This document shows, in pieces, positions 51,410-60,375 of a stretch of DNA of 64,000 bases. The translations under genes were made by a program, and so were the position numbers. The notes beneath the pieces are model-generated. The model did no database searches, was not told where the DNA came from, and was given only the letters and a program-made list of their open reading frames with translations. This stretch comes from Acidimicrobiales bacterium (GTDB taxonomy: Bacteria; Actinomycetota; Acidimicrobiia; Acidimicrobiales; CATQHL01). Each line of letters opens with the position of its first letter. The stretch's first letter is position 1. The stretch is from positions 1,433,884 to 1,497,883 of the forward strand of contig OZ251507.1 in the NCBI GenBank assembly GCA_965242895.1, read 5' to 3'.

Positions 51410-53869
51410 GTGGAAGTTGCTGAACTATCCTTTCGCGGAAGTGCATTACGGATCGAGACTCCTCAGAGGCTGCGCTTGGTTTCGGACCGTTCTCTGAGAG
51501 GCGCCGAGTTCTGCAGGGTCTACAGCAAGCAGGTTGACGACTGGCTGAAAGAACTCTTTGAATCTGCAGGGGGGGCTTCCTGCTCTGCCGCTCTGGCGGC
51601 GGTCGGAGGCTATGGCAGGGCTGAACTGAGTCCGCACAGCGACTTGGACGTGTGGCTTCTTTATGACGAATCCGATGGCATCGAAGAGTTGGCTGTCGGA
51701 CTCTGGCATCCGATCTGGGACGAAGGCTTGAAACTCGGTCACGCCGTCCGCACGATTCCTGAGACCCTCAAATTGGCGGAGAAGTCGTTGGACACGTCGA
51801 CTGCTCTACTCTCTTTGAGGCATCTCGCAGGCGATGCCGCGCTGTCGCGCCGCCTGAAGACCGAAGCTGAGCGGCGGTGGATGGGCCGTGCCAAGGTGTG
51901 GCTCCCGAGGCTGGTGGAAGACTCCAGAAAACGGGGCAGGCAGTTCGGCGAAGTGGCCTTTCGCCTTCAACCCGATCTGAAGGACGCCGCCGGCGGTTTG
52001 CGTGATATGCAAGCGCTGGAGTTCGCTGCTAGGGCGCGCCCCAATCTCCTCGGCGCGGACGTCCTTTTTCCCGAGGAGTCGTACAGGACGATTTTGGCTG
52101 CGAGGGTGGAACTTCATCGGGTTTCAGGCAACTCATCTAGCCTGCTCGCACTGGAATATCAGGACGAGGTGGCGGAGGCTTTAGGTTTCTCCAGTGCGGA
52201 AGAGTTCATGACCGAAGTGTCCGCGGCGGGACGCACAGCAGCCTGGTTGGTCGACAACACCTGGGCGCGGATCGAAGAGGAGGATTGGGATAAAGGGAGC
52301 CCGCGGCGGCGATCCGGCATTCTCAAGGAAATCTCGACAGGTGTATACCTACTACGCAGGGAGGTCTTCCTTGCTCCCGAGGTTCGGTTAGACGAAGATC
52401 CCATGGGGATTTTGAGGGTCGCTGCTGCGGCGGCAGCCCACGACGCCCGCATAGAACTCGGATCGTTGCAGCGTCTTGCGTCCGTCCCCCCTCTAGGTGA
52501 GCGCTGGCCCGAAGGCGGTCGAGAACTTTTTGTACGTTTATTGGCCAGCGGGCGGAGCGCGATCCCGGTCATCGAATCCCTCGATCAGGTCGGGGCGATG
52601 GTCAAGATACTCCCTGAGTGGAAGTGCTGCCGCTCTCTTTTGCAGCGCAACGACTACCACCGTTACACAGTCGACCGACACCTCTGTGAAGCGGCGGCGC
52701 AAGCCGCGGCGATAGTGGATCGCGGTGACGAAGTCGGCAGGTCGGATCTTTTGCTGGTAGCAGCTTTTCTGCACGACATCGGCAAGGGCGTCGAGGGGGA
52801 TCACAGCGAAGTCGGAATGGGGATCGTGGAGAAGATCGCAACTCGGATGGGCTTCGACGAAGCAGATACGGCCATTCTTGTGAAACTCGTGGAACTTCAC
52901 CTTCTGTTGCCGGATGTGGCCACGCGTCGCAACATCGAAGACGTGGGTACCGTCCTGCGCGTTGCCGTCGAGGTCGGAAGCGTGGATGTCCTCAGGCTTC
53001 TAGCGGCTCTCACCGAAGCGGATTCGATCGCCACCGGTCCTTCCGTGTGGAGCAACTGGAAGGCGAAACTCATCAGGGGGCTGGTTAGGCGGACAGAGCA
53101 TTACCTGCTTGGCGGCAAACTAAGCGAATTGCCCAGATCCTTTCCCACGCCAGAGGTACTGGAGCGCATGCATGAGGGGGAACTTTTCCTGGAGGCTGAA
53201 AAGCAGCAGATACTGGCCATAGTGCCGCAAAATCCGGCAGTGCTTCCTGTCCTGGCGGGGGTGATCACGCTGAACGGGTTGAGCGTGATCTCGGCCGTGG
53301 GCTGCGTCGACGCAGGAATGACCGCCTACTTGCTGTTGGTGGATTCGCCTTGGCCTGATTCTCGTCTCTGGCAGCGGGTGATCGACGATGCTCGCGCTGC
53401 CTTCGACGGCGAGCTGGCTCTGGAAGATCGACTGGCTAGGTTGACCAGGGTGACCTGGACTTCCGAAAGCCAAGTCTCGGCTCCGCAGCCGATAGTCGGA
53501 ACGTTCGTCAAGTTCGATAACGACGTCTCCGCAGATTTGACGGTGCTGGAATTGGCGGCGCCGGACAGCAAAGGACTTCTGTACCGAATCACCTCCACCC
53601 TCGTGGACGCCGGTTTGCTTATCAAGAGGGCGCGTGTTCAGACCTTGGGGGATCATGTGGTCGATTCTTTCGACCTAACCGAAGAGTCGGGGGAGAAGCT
53701 CACCGATCCAGTGAGACTCAAGGAGATTGCAGACCTTGTCACTCCTGTGATTCGCGACGCTCCCCGTCATCAGCGCGTCCGACGGGAAAACCTCCTAGCG
53801 CCCTCTGAGAACGACTTTCTTGACGATGGAACGATCTACGACCTCCCCTCCGGTTTTAGGAGAACTTGA
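51410..53869 (+). CDS. glnD: [Protein-PII] uridylyltransferase/uridylyl-removing enzyme
   Basis: Nucleotidyltransferase N-domain (GGYGRAELSPHSDLDV), HD domain (FLHDIGKG) and two C-terminal ACT-like segments. Confidence 0.9.
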   Translation: MEVAELSFRGSALRIETPQRLRLVSDRSLRGAEFCRVYSKQVDDWLKELFESAGGASCSAALAAVGGYGRAELSPHSDLDVWLLYDESDGIEELAVGLWHPIWDEGLKLGHAVRTIPETLKLAEKSLDTSTALLSLRHLAGDAALSRRLKTEAERRWMGRAKVWLPRLVEDSRKRGRQFGEVAFRLQPDLKDAAGGLRDMQALEFAARARPNLLGADVLFPEESYRTILAARVELHRVSGNSSSLLALEYQDEVAEALGFSSAEEFMTEVSAAGRTAAWLVDNTWARIEEEDWDKGSPRRRSGILKEISTGVYLLRREVFLAPEVRLDEDPMGILRVAAAAAAHDARIELGSLQRLASVPPLGERWPEGGRELFVRLLASGRSAIPVIESLDQVGAMVKILPEWKCCRSLLQRNDYHRYTVDRHLCEAAAQAAAIVDRGDEVGRSDLLLVAAFLHDIGKGVEGDHSEVGMGIVEKIATRMGFDEADTAILVKLVELHLLLPDVATRRNIEDVGTVLRVAVEVGSVDVLRLLAALTEADSIATGPSVWSNWKAKLIRGLVRRTEHYLLGGKLSELPRSFPTPEVLERMHEGELFLEAEKQQILAIVPQNPAVLPVLAGVITLNGLSVISAVGCVDAGMTAYLLLVDSPWPDSRLWQRVIDDARAAFDGELALEDRLARLTRVTWTSESQVSAPQPIVGTFVKFDNDVSADLTVLELAAPDSKGLLYRITSTLVDAGLLIKRARVQTLGDHVVDSFDLTEESGEKLTDPVRLKEIADLVTPVIRDAPRHQRVRRENLLAPSENDFLDDGTIYDLPSGFRRT

Positions 53870-54548
53870 ACTTCTCCGTTGGAGCGAGGCCCTTGCCGGC
53901 ATTGCTCGCACCGGTCTGGGTTTCACCAAGAACCTTTTTGAGCGGGAACGTTTCGAGGAGGTTCTGGCTGTGGCCGGCGAGATCAGGGCTTCGATCGACG
54001 ACAACTTCGACCCGTGCGACTGGATCGAAGAGTGGATGCGGAGCATCGGAGAGGGAGTTGCCGGTTACGTAACGCCCAAGATCGCCGTTGGGGCAGTGGT
54101 AGGCAATGATGAGAAACAACTCCTGCTGATCAAGAGGAAGGACTCTGGTCGTTGGCTTTACCCCACCGGATGGGCGGACGTGGGTTATTCATCTTCGGAG
54201 GTGGCGATTAAGGAAGTGCTTGAGGAGACGGGCATAGAGTGCGAACCCATTCGGCTGATAGCGGTTCTCGACAGCTTGCGCCACGGATTTACTTCGGTGC
54301 CGACCTATTCTCTCGTCTACCTTTGCAAGGCGGTCGGAGGCGACTTGAAGGTGCACGAGTTGGAGTGCACCGACGCAGGCTTCTTCAGTGAGGGCGAACT
54401 TCCGTCTCCTCTAGCGGGGCCGAAGTTCTGGGCCGCTCACGCCTTTAGTTCTCTGAAAGGCGAGAGTAATGAAGTCTTGTTCGACTTGCCTCGTTCACCC
54501 GTCTGGCGCTCGCCCGCTTCCTCTCGGCCGGGCGGTGAAGCTGCTTAG
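53826..54548 (+). CDS. NUDIX hydrolase with NUDIX N-terminal helper domain
   Basis: LLRWSEALAGIARTGLGFTKNLFERERFEEV, then the Nudix box GWADVGYSSSEVAIKEVLEETG. Confidence 0.8.
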   Translation: MERSTTSPPVLGELELLRWSEALAGIARTGLGFTKNLFERERFEEVLAVAGEIRASIDDNFDPCDWIEEWMRSIGEGVAGYVTPKIAVGAVVGNDEKQLLLIKRKDSGRWLYPTGWADVGYSSSEVAIKEVLEETGIECEPIRLIAVLDSLRHGFTSVPTYSLVYLCKAVGGDLKVHELECTDAGFFSEGELPSPLAGPKFWAAHAFSSLKGESNEVLFDLPRSPVWRSPASSRPGGEAA

Positions 54549-54589
54549 CCAGCGCCTTGCTTCCCCCCTCTGCTCCCCGCCTAGGCAGA

Positions 54590-55480
54590 TCAGTTTTGCT
54601 GCGGCGGCTGCTCCCTCAGGAACTTTTCCACTTCCGCCACGAGCCGTTCTGGTGCTCCCTTCTCGACCTCTTCGGGTGAGTCGTAAGACTGCTCGAGTTC
54701 GCTCACGTAGGCCTTTGCGTCTTCGTCAGCGTTGACGATCTCGTCCACGCTGCGTTCGTACTCTTCGGCCTGCTCTTGCAGGTCGTCCGCTTCAACCTTC
54801 ACTCCTAGGAGATTTGCTACCTCCTCGACGAGCGCCTTGGTCGCCTTCGGCGAGGGATTGTTGGCTGTGTAGGAGGGCACTGAAGCCCACAGGGAGGCGG
54901 AGGATATGCCCACTGATCGTCCGTAGACGCCCAACACCCCCACTATGCCGGTGGGGCCTTCGTAATTGGAGTGCCGAAGGTGCATCTTCTGAGCCAATTC
55001 GGGGTCGTCGCAGGTGCCGAAGATCGCCACTGGGCGCGTGTGAGGCACATCTGCTAGAAGCGCTCCAAGAGTCACCACCAAGAAGGAATCGAAGTGCTTG
55101 GCCAGCCCTGCTACGTGTCGGCAGAACCTTTTCCAGCGGAAGTGAGGTTCGACGCCTTCGAGCAGGATGACGTCGATTTCCGATCCGGGGATGCGCGCCG
55201 CTGAAAACGAGTTAGCTGGCCAAGTGAGCTTGCGCTGCCCGCTGTCATCGAAGGACACCTGGGGGCGCGTCACCGTGAAGTCGTAATAGCGCTCCGGATC
55301 GATTTCCGCGAAAGGCTTCAGATCCCAGAGTTTGCGGAGGTACTTGGCGGCTAGGGAGGCAGCGTCGCCTGCGTCGTTCCATCCTTTGAAGGCAGTGATC
55401 AGAACGGGGTGCTTCAACTCAGGGTGCTCGTTCCACTTCAAGTCTTCAAGGTCTTGAGCGTTCTCTGGGGGCGTGCTCAC
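54590..55480 (-). CDS. PAC2 (proteasome assembly chaperone 2-like) family protein
   Basis: PVLITAFKGWNDAGDAAS, a motif typical of actinobacterial PAC2 proteins. Confidence 0.8.
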   Translation of the reverse strand: MSTPPENAQDLEDLKWNEHPELKHPVLITAFKGWNDAGDAASLAAKYLRKLWDLKPFAEIDPERYYDFTVTRPQVSFDDSGQRKLTWPANSFSAARIPGSEIDVILLEGVEPHFRWKRFCRHVAGLAKHFDSFLVVTLGALLADVPHTRPVAIFGTCDDPELAQKMHLRHSNYEGPTGIVGVLGVYGRSVGISSASLWASVPSYTANNPSPKATKALVEEVANLLGVKVEADDLQEQAEEYERSVDEIVNADEDAKAYVSELEQSYDSPEEVEKGAPERLVAEVEKFLREQPPQQN

Positions 55481-56000
55481 TACCCTTGACCTTATCCGAC
55501 TCCCTGTGCAGGTCTGCAGGGTGAGTGGTGCGTCTGCTCTATCCTTGCGATTTGTGACCGACTCAGTGGTCGTCCGAACGACCGAAGAAGCCGCCCCTGA
55601 ACTGATCGCAGCCGTGAGACGGCTCCTGCCTCAGTTGTCTTCCTCTTGTTCGCTTCCTTCTGCGTCTGAGATTGCCGAGATCGCGGCGAGTCCCGCCACC
55701 AGACTGCTAGCGGCAGATATAGACGGCGAGTTGGCGGGCATCACGGTGCTCGTCCTCTTTCGTCTGCCGACCGGGCTCCGGGCTTGGATTGAAGACGTGG
55801 TGGTGGATTCGGCTTTTCGTTCACGCGGCGTGGGGGAAGCCTTGCTGAAGGAAGCCTTGAGGCAGGCGGCTGCTGCCGGAGCACGCACGGTCGACCTCAC
55901 GTCTCGACCGGAGCGTGAGGCGGCCATACGGCTCTATGAGCGAGTCGGGTTCGAACGCCGAGATACGAACGTCTTCCGCTGTCAACTTGATCGCAAATGA
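55473..56000 (+). CDS. GNAT family N-acetyltransferase
   Basis: IEDVVVDSAFRSRGVGEALL...RLYERVGF acetyl-CoA binding motif. The true start is probably downstream (GTG 55521, TTG 55545 or GTG 55554), because 55473 overlaps the divergent PAC2 start. Confidence 0.75.
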   Translation: MLTTLDLIRLPVQVCRVSGASALSLRFVTDSVVVRTTEEAAPELIAAVRRLLPQLSSSCSLPSASEIAEIAASPATRLLAADIDGELAGITVLVLFRLPTGLRAWIEDVVVDSAFRSRGVGEALLKEALRQAAAAGARTVDLTSRPEREAAIRLYERVGFERRDTNVFRCQLDRK

Positions 56001-56016
56001 CTGCGGCGGACTGATT

Positions 56017-56502
56017 GTGCGCCCGAACGAAGGAGCGCTCAAATCCCTGCTTGATTTTCTGACCCGAATCCTCGAGCGGTACAAGATCATTCGATTCGGG
56101 CTGGTCTCCGTTGTCGTCTCTTCCATTTCGATCTTCCTTCTGTACGCGCTCGATAACTGGGCGGGCTGGGAGGAGTGGAGAGCCAACCTCCTAGCGGTGA
56201 ACGTGGGGGCAGTGCCTGCCTACGTCTTGAACCGTTACTGGGTCTGGCACAAGACCGGTCGCAACCGAGTCTTCGGAGAGATCATTCCGTTCTGGGTCTT
56301 GACGATTACGGGCATGATCCTTTCCACTCTCGTCGTGAACGCCGCCGCCGCCCGCTGGGAGCACTCCTGGATTCCGATTGCCGCCAACCTGCTTTCCTAT
56401 CTCTCCCTCTGGGTGTTCAAGTTTGTAATACTGGATCACTTCGTGTTTGGACGAGTGCGCCCTCTGTTCACGAGGTTTTCCAAAGCCGAAGATGGACGCT
56501 GA
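56017..56502 (+). CDS. GtrA-family membrane protein
   Basis: YKIIRFGLVSVVVSSISIFLLYAL and NRYWVWHK, with four predicted TM segments. The start is uncertain (the ORF is open from 55915). Confidence 0.75.
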   Translation: MRPNEGALKSLLDFLTRILERYKIIRFGLVSVVVSSISIFLLYALDNWAGWEEWRANLLAVNVGAVPAYVLNRYWVWHKTGRNRVFGEIIPFWVLTITGMILSTLVVNAAAARWEHSWIPIAANLLSYLSLWVFKFVILDHFVFGRVRPLFTRFSKAEDGR

Positions 56503-57118
56503 GGTTCAGGCAGCCGCTCTGCAGGCGAAGGGCTTCATGCCGCCCGAAGAGGGATTGGCTCTCTATGAGGCCGCCAAGACCGCGCCGGAGGGGTGGCCGT
56601 TTCTGGAGGTCGGCGGTTACTGCGGTCGATCAGCACTGTTCCTGGCCGCCGCTGCGGCGGAGCGCGGGGTGCTGTTGTTCTCTGTGGATCATCACCGCGG
56701 TTCCGAGGAGAACCAGCCCGGCTGGGAGTGGCACGATCCTGATCTGGTGGATCGGCGCACGGGTCTGTTGGACACACTTCCCCACTTCCGTGCCAACGTC
56801 TTTGATGCAGGCTTGGAGGGGAGCGTGGTGGCCGTAGTGGGGGACTCCGCGCAGGTTGGCGCCGTCTGGCGCACGCCGCTGGCTTTCCTGTTCATAGACG
56901 GGGGGCATTCGTCCGAGACAGCCTGGGCCGACTACAAAAACTGGACGCCGCATGTGATTGACGGAGGTCTGCTGGCCATCCACGACGTTTTCCCGAATCC
57001 AGCTGACGGGGGCCGCCCGCCGTATGAGATCTACCGCTGCGCCTTGTCCTCGAACGGTTATTTGGAGGTCGGAGGGACGGGATCCCTGAGGGTGCTACGT
57101 CGTCTAGGAAGCGTTTGA
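56492..57118 (+). CDS. Class I SAM-dependent methyltransferase (Methyltransf_24-like)
   Basis: FLEVGGYCGRSALFLA, FIDGGHS and LLAIHDVF. Confidence 0.8.
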   Translation: MDAEVQAAALQAKGFMPPEEGLALYEAAKTAPEGWPFLEVGGYCGRSALFLAAAAAERGVLLFSVDHHRGSEENQPGWEWHDPDLVDRRTGLLDTLPHFRANVFDAGLEGSVVAVVGDSAQVGAVWRTPLAFLFIDGGHSSETAWADYKNWTPHVIDGGLLAIHDVFPNPADGGRPPYEIYRCALSSNGYLEVGGTGSLRVLRRLGSV

Positions 57119-58135
57119 GCGTTCGTGCGATTCTGCTGCGCCGAGGAGAGAATCTAGAGAAGAGCTGAGGCGGTGGGCGGCTAGGAGCTGTGCAGCAGCC
57201 GAATACGTCGTTTTCTCGCCCGCAGGGAAGTGGACGCGCTCCGGCAGCACGATGCCCGTCCAGTATCGCCCGTCGGAGTCGCGCATACGCTGCGACCACT
57301 TCAGGATCTCCAGAGCGGTATCGGACATTCCCACGTTTGCTAGGGCCATCGAAGTCTCGGCGGTTTCTGCCGGCGTGACCCAGTTTTTGTCGGAGACACA
57401 TCGGACGCCCCAGCCGTCGAGGACGAATGCTTCCATTCCGCCGAGGATGCGGCTGCGCGCCGCGTCGTCAGTCAAGGCGCCGCAGAGCACCGGGTAGTAC
57501 CAGTCCATTGCCCAGCGGTCCCTTGGAGAGAAAGCCCAAGGGCGGCAGCGGATGGCCTCACCTAGCCGTCCGGCCGCTCGCGCCCAGCGAGCCGTCGGTT
57601 GCCCCAATCGCTCCGCCGCAGCGGCGGCCGCTCGAAGACTTGAATAGATGGAGGACGAACTGCTCAGGAGCGCATAAGACCACGCCCTTCCACCAGGGCG
57701 GCGCGCCCATATGACTTCGCCGCCTCGCCGCTGCAGCTTCAGCACGAACTCGATCGCCGAGCGCAGCACAGGCCAGAGATCTTCCAGGAATCCGACGTCT
57801 CCTGTCAGCAGATAGTGGTGCCAAAGCCCCTGGGCTGCATAGGCCGTGCAGTTGGCGTCCTCGTTGGCGTCTTCTACTCCTTCAGCGGTGTAGTAGCGGC
57901 ACCAACTTCCGTTAGGGAGTTGAGCGCCAGCAAGGAACGAATAGGCCTTCTCTGCTGCGTCGTGATGCCCAGTGGCATCCAGCGCCATTGCCGCTTCCAC
58001 GTGGTTCCATGGGTCGGCGTGGCCGCCTTGAAACCAAAGGATGAGACCGGACGGCAGTTGGCATTCCAGGATGCTTTCGACCGCGGCGTCTACTTCAGAG
58101 GCGCTCAGCACTCCAGGTAGTTCACGCAGGTACAC
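57104..58135 (-). CDS. Prenyltransferase/squalene-oxidase-repeat (terpenoid cyclase-fold) protein
   Basis: QLPSGLILWFQGGHADPWNHVEAAMAL and QLPNGSWCRYY repeats. Confidence 0.7.
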   Translation of the reverse strand: MYLRELPGVLSASEVDAAVESILECQLPSGLILWFQGGHADPWNHVEAAMALDATGHHDAAEKAYSFLAGAQLPNGSWCRYYTAEGVEDANEDANCTAYAAQGLWHHYLLTGDVGFLEDLWPVLRSAIEFVLKLQRRGGEVIWARRPGGRAWSYALLSSSSSIYSSLRAAAAAAERLGQPTARWARAAGRLGEAIRCRPWAFSPRDRWAMDWYYPVLCGALTDDAARSRILGGMEAFVLDGWGVRCVSDKNWVTPAETAETSMALANVGMSDTALEILKWSQRMRDSDGRYWTGIVLPERVHFPAGEKTTYSAAAQLLAAHRLSSSLDSLLGAAESHERSNAS

Positions 58136-58952
58136 GCAGAGACCTCACTTCCTTCAAAGATTCCTCTTTTTCGTCTGTGGAGTCAGGGACGCAGTCGGCG
58201 GTCTTCAGTTCCCTCTCGGGGAGAGACTCAGCCTTGCGGTCTTTGACGGCGTAGAGCACGAGACTCTTTCCGATGAGCGGGTCGAGGAGGCGTTCCACCA
58301 ACCGCAGCAGCCGCGGCTGTCGGGTCAGATCCCAGCAGAGGAATCGGTGATAGTTCTTGACCAGCAGCCCGTCGTCTTTGTCGGGCCCCACCGCACAGCG
58401 CAGCCACCAGTATGGGGAGTGCAGTGCGTGCGCTCGATGAGACCTCGTTGGCGTCAGTCCGGCTGCGGCCAGAAGCCCTTTCAGCGCTGAGCGGGTGTAG
58501 ATGCGCACGTGGCCGCCCGGGCGTGCGGGGGCGTGGTAGTCGGAGGAGAGTTTCCAGCAGAGCTTCTCCGGCAGCCAGGAGGGCACACTCACGGCCAAGG
58601 CGCCGCCTGGGGCCAGGACGCGGGCCAACTCACCGACAGCGTCGGCGTCGGCGTCGATGTGTTCGAGCACTTCCGAGGCGATCACGTATTTGAAGGAAGC
58701 ATCGGCGAAGGGGAGCCCCAGAGCGTTGCCGCAGACGGTGACGGCCGTCGAATCCTCTCCAGCTTCACCCGAGGACTGCATAGCCCTCATCAGGCCGCCG
58801 ACTGCCGGGAGTTGGGATCGTTCGGCGTCGCAGGCGACCACAGCGGCTCCGCGTCGGAGTGCGCCGAACGCATGCCGTCCTCCGCCGCACCCCAAGTCCA
58901 GGAGCATGTCCCCGGGGTCTATCTCCAGCAGTTTGAACCGGATCGTCTCCAT
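58122..58952 (-). CDS. Class I SAM-dependent methyltransferase (Methyltransf_11-like)
   Basis: LLDLGCGGGRHA, VVACD and VIASEVLEHI. Confidence 0.85.
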   Translation of the reverse strand: METIRFKLLEIDPGDMLLDLGCGGGRHAFGALRRGAAVVACDAERSQLPAVGGLMRAMQSSGEAGEDSTAVTVCGNALGLPFADASFKYVIASEVLEHIDADADAVGELARVLAPGGALAVSVPSWLPEKLCWKLSSDYHAPARPGGHVRIYTRSALKGLLAAAGLTPTRSHRAHALHSPYWWLRCAVGPDKDDGLLVKNYHRFLCWDLTRQPRLLRLVERLLDPLIGKSLVLYAVKDRKAESLPERELKTADCVPDSTDEKEESLKEVRSLRVPA

Positions 58953-58965
58953 GCTCAGTCCATGC

Positions 58966-60312
58966 TCAGCGAAACTCAGCGCAAGCTAGGCGAGAGCGCC
59001 CTCGCGCAGCTGAATCGCAGAGCGCCCGGTACTCGTCCAGAGTGCGTTCTGCGGTGCGCCTCCAACTCCAGTTCTCGAGCACCCTGCTCCTCCCCCGCCG
59101 GCCAAGGTCACTTGCCAAGGTTTCGGAGTCCAGTACCTCGGCTATCGCACCGGCTAATTCTCTTGCGTCGCCAGGCTTTGCTAAAAGCGCCGCTTCGCCG
59201 CTGGGTCCTACTACTTCTTTCAGCGCGCCGCCGGTGGTAGTCACCAGCGGTGAGGAGCAACTCATGGCTTCTATGGCGGGCAGTGAAAATCCTTCATAGA
59301 GCGACGGCACCACGGCGACGGCGGCCGAGGCGTAGAGCTCCACGACTTCCCTGGTGCTGAGGCCGCGTACGAACTTCACCGAAGTCGACAAGTCCAGTCG
59401 GGCGAGGGCTCGCGCCGTGGAACTGTCGGGACGAAGGCTGCCTATTACCACCAGCCGAAGGTCGCGCTCCTTGCGGAGCAGCGCCAGGGCTGTGAGCAGT
59501 ACGGGCAACCCTTTCATCGCAGTGTCGGCTGAGGCGGTGGTAAGGATCAAGTCTTTTTCGCGCCTTACATCTCCGAGAGGCCGAAATACGTCCGGGTCCA
59601 CCCCCACGGGCACCACTCCGATGCGGTTAGCTGCCACGCCGTGATCTCGTCGTATTTTCGACTCGGAATCCTTTGAGACGGTGAGTATCCGAGGGAGGCG
59701 CTTGGCGACGCGGGTCTGCATTTTCGTAAACGAATACCAGCGGCTCTTGGCAAGGCGTTCGGAGAATCCCTCGGCGTGAGCCATCTCGATGCGCCGGTCG
59801 ACGGTGATGGGGTGATGGATGGTCGCCATCACGTTCATGCCCTCGCGCAGCATCCCCAGCAGCCCGTAGCCCAGGCTCTGGTTGTCGTGGATCACGTCGA
59901 AGTCCCCTGGCCTATTTCTCAGGGCCTGCCAGGCTCGGATGCTGAATGCCAGCGGTTCAGGGAACGCCCCCAGGCTGTAGGTGGAGACCTCCAGCCAGTC
60001 GGAAAAGGTCTTGACCTCCCAGAACCCGGGCATGCGCCCAGGGAAATGGTCATTGTAGATGTCCAGGCTTGGGAGTTTGTGCAGAGGCACTTCGTCGCAG
60101 AGTTCTGGGTAGGGCTGTCCGGAGTAGACCTCCACGTGGTGTCCGAGTTCGGTCAAGGCGCGGCTGAGTTCTCTGGTGTAAACCCCCTGTCCGCCGCAGT
60201 GCGGATTGCCTCGATAGGTGAGCAGTGCTACGTGCAGGGGGGCGTCTTTGCGGCGACGCGCCCCCGCGGCAGGTGCCGCGGCAGGTGCGGTTGTGCGGGT
60301 TGTTAAGGTCAA
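58966..60312 (-). CDS. Glycosyltransferase family 4 (GT-B)
   Basis: CGGQGVYTRELSRALTELGHHVEV N-domain and a C-terminal PSLYEGFSLPAIEAMSC E-x7-E region. Confidence 0.85.
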   Translation of the reverse strand: MTLTTRTTAPAAAPAAGARRRKDAPLHVALLTYRGNPHCGGQGVYTRELSRALTELGHHVEVYSGQPYPELCDEVPLHKLPSLDIYNDHFPGRMPGFWEVKTFSDWLEVSTYSLGAFPEPLAFSIRAWQALRNRPGDFDVIHDNQSLGYGLLGMLREGMNVMATIHHPITVDRRIEMAHAEGFSERLAKSRWYSFTKMQTRVAKRLPRILTVSKDSESKIRRDHGVAANRIGVVPVGVDPDVFRPLGDVRREKDLILTTASADTAMKGLPVLLTALALLRKERDLRLVVIGSLRPDSSTARALARLDLSTSVKFVRGLSTREVVELYASAAVAVVPSLYEGFSLPAIEAMSCSSPLVTTTGGALKEVVGPSGEAALLAKPGDARELAGAIAEVLDSETLASDLGRRGRSRVLENWSWRRTAERTLDEYRALCDSAARGRSRLACAEFR

Positions 60313-60375
60313 GAAGGAACTCTGAACGTGAGGTCGTCTGTGGGTGCAGTCACTGGAGAATCCGACGGAGTGTAT

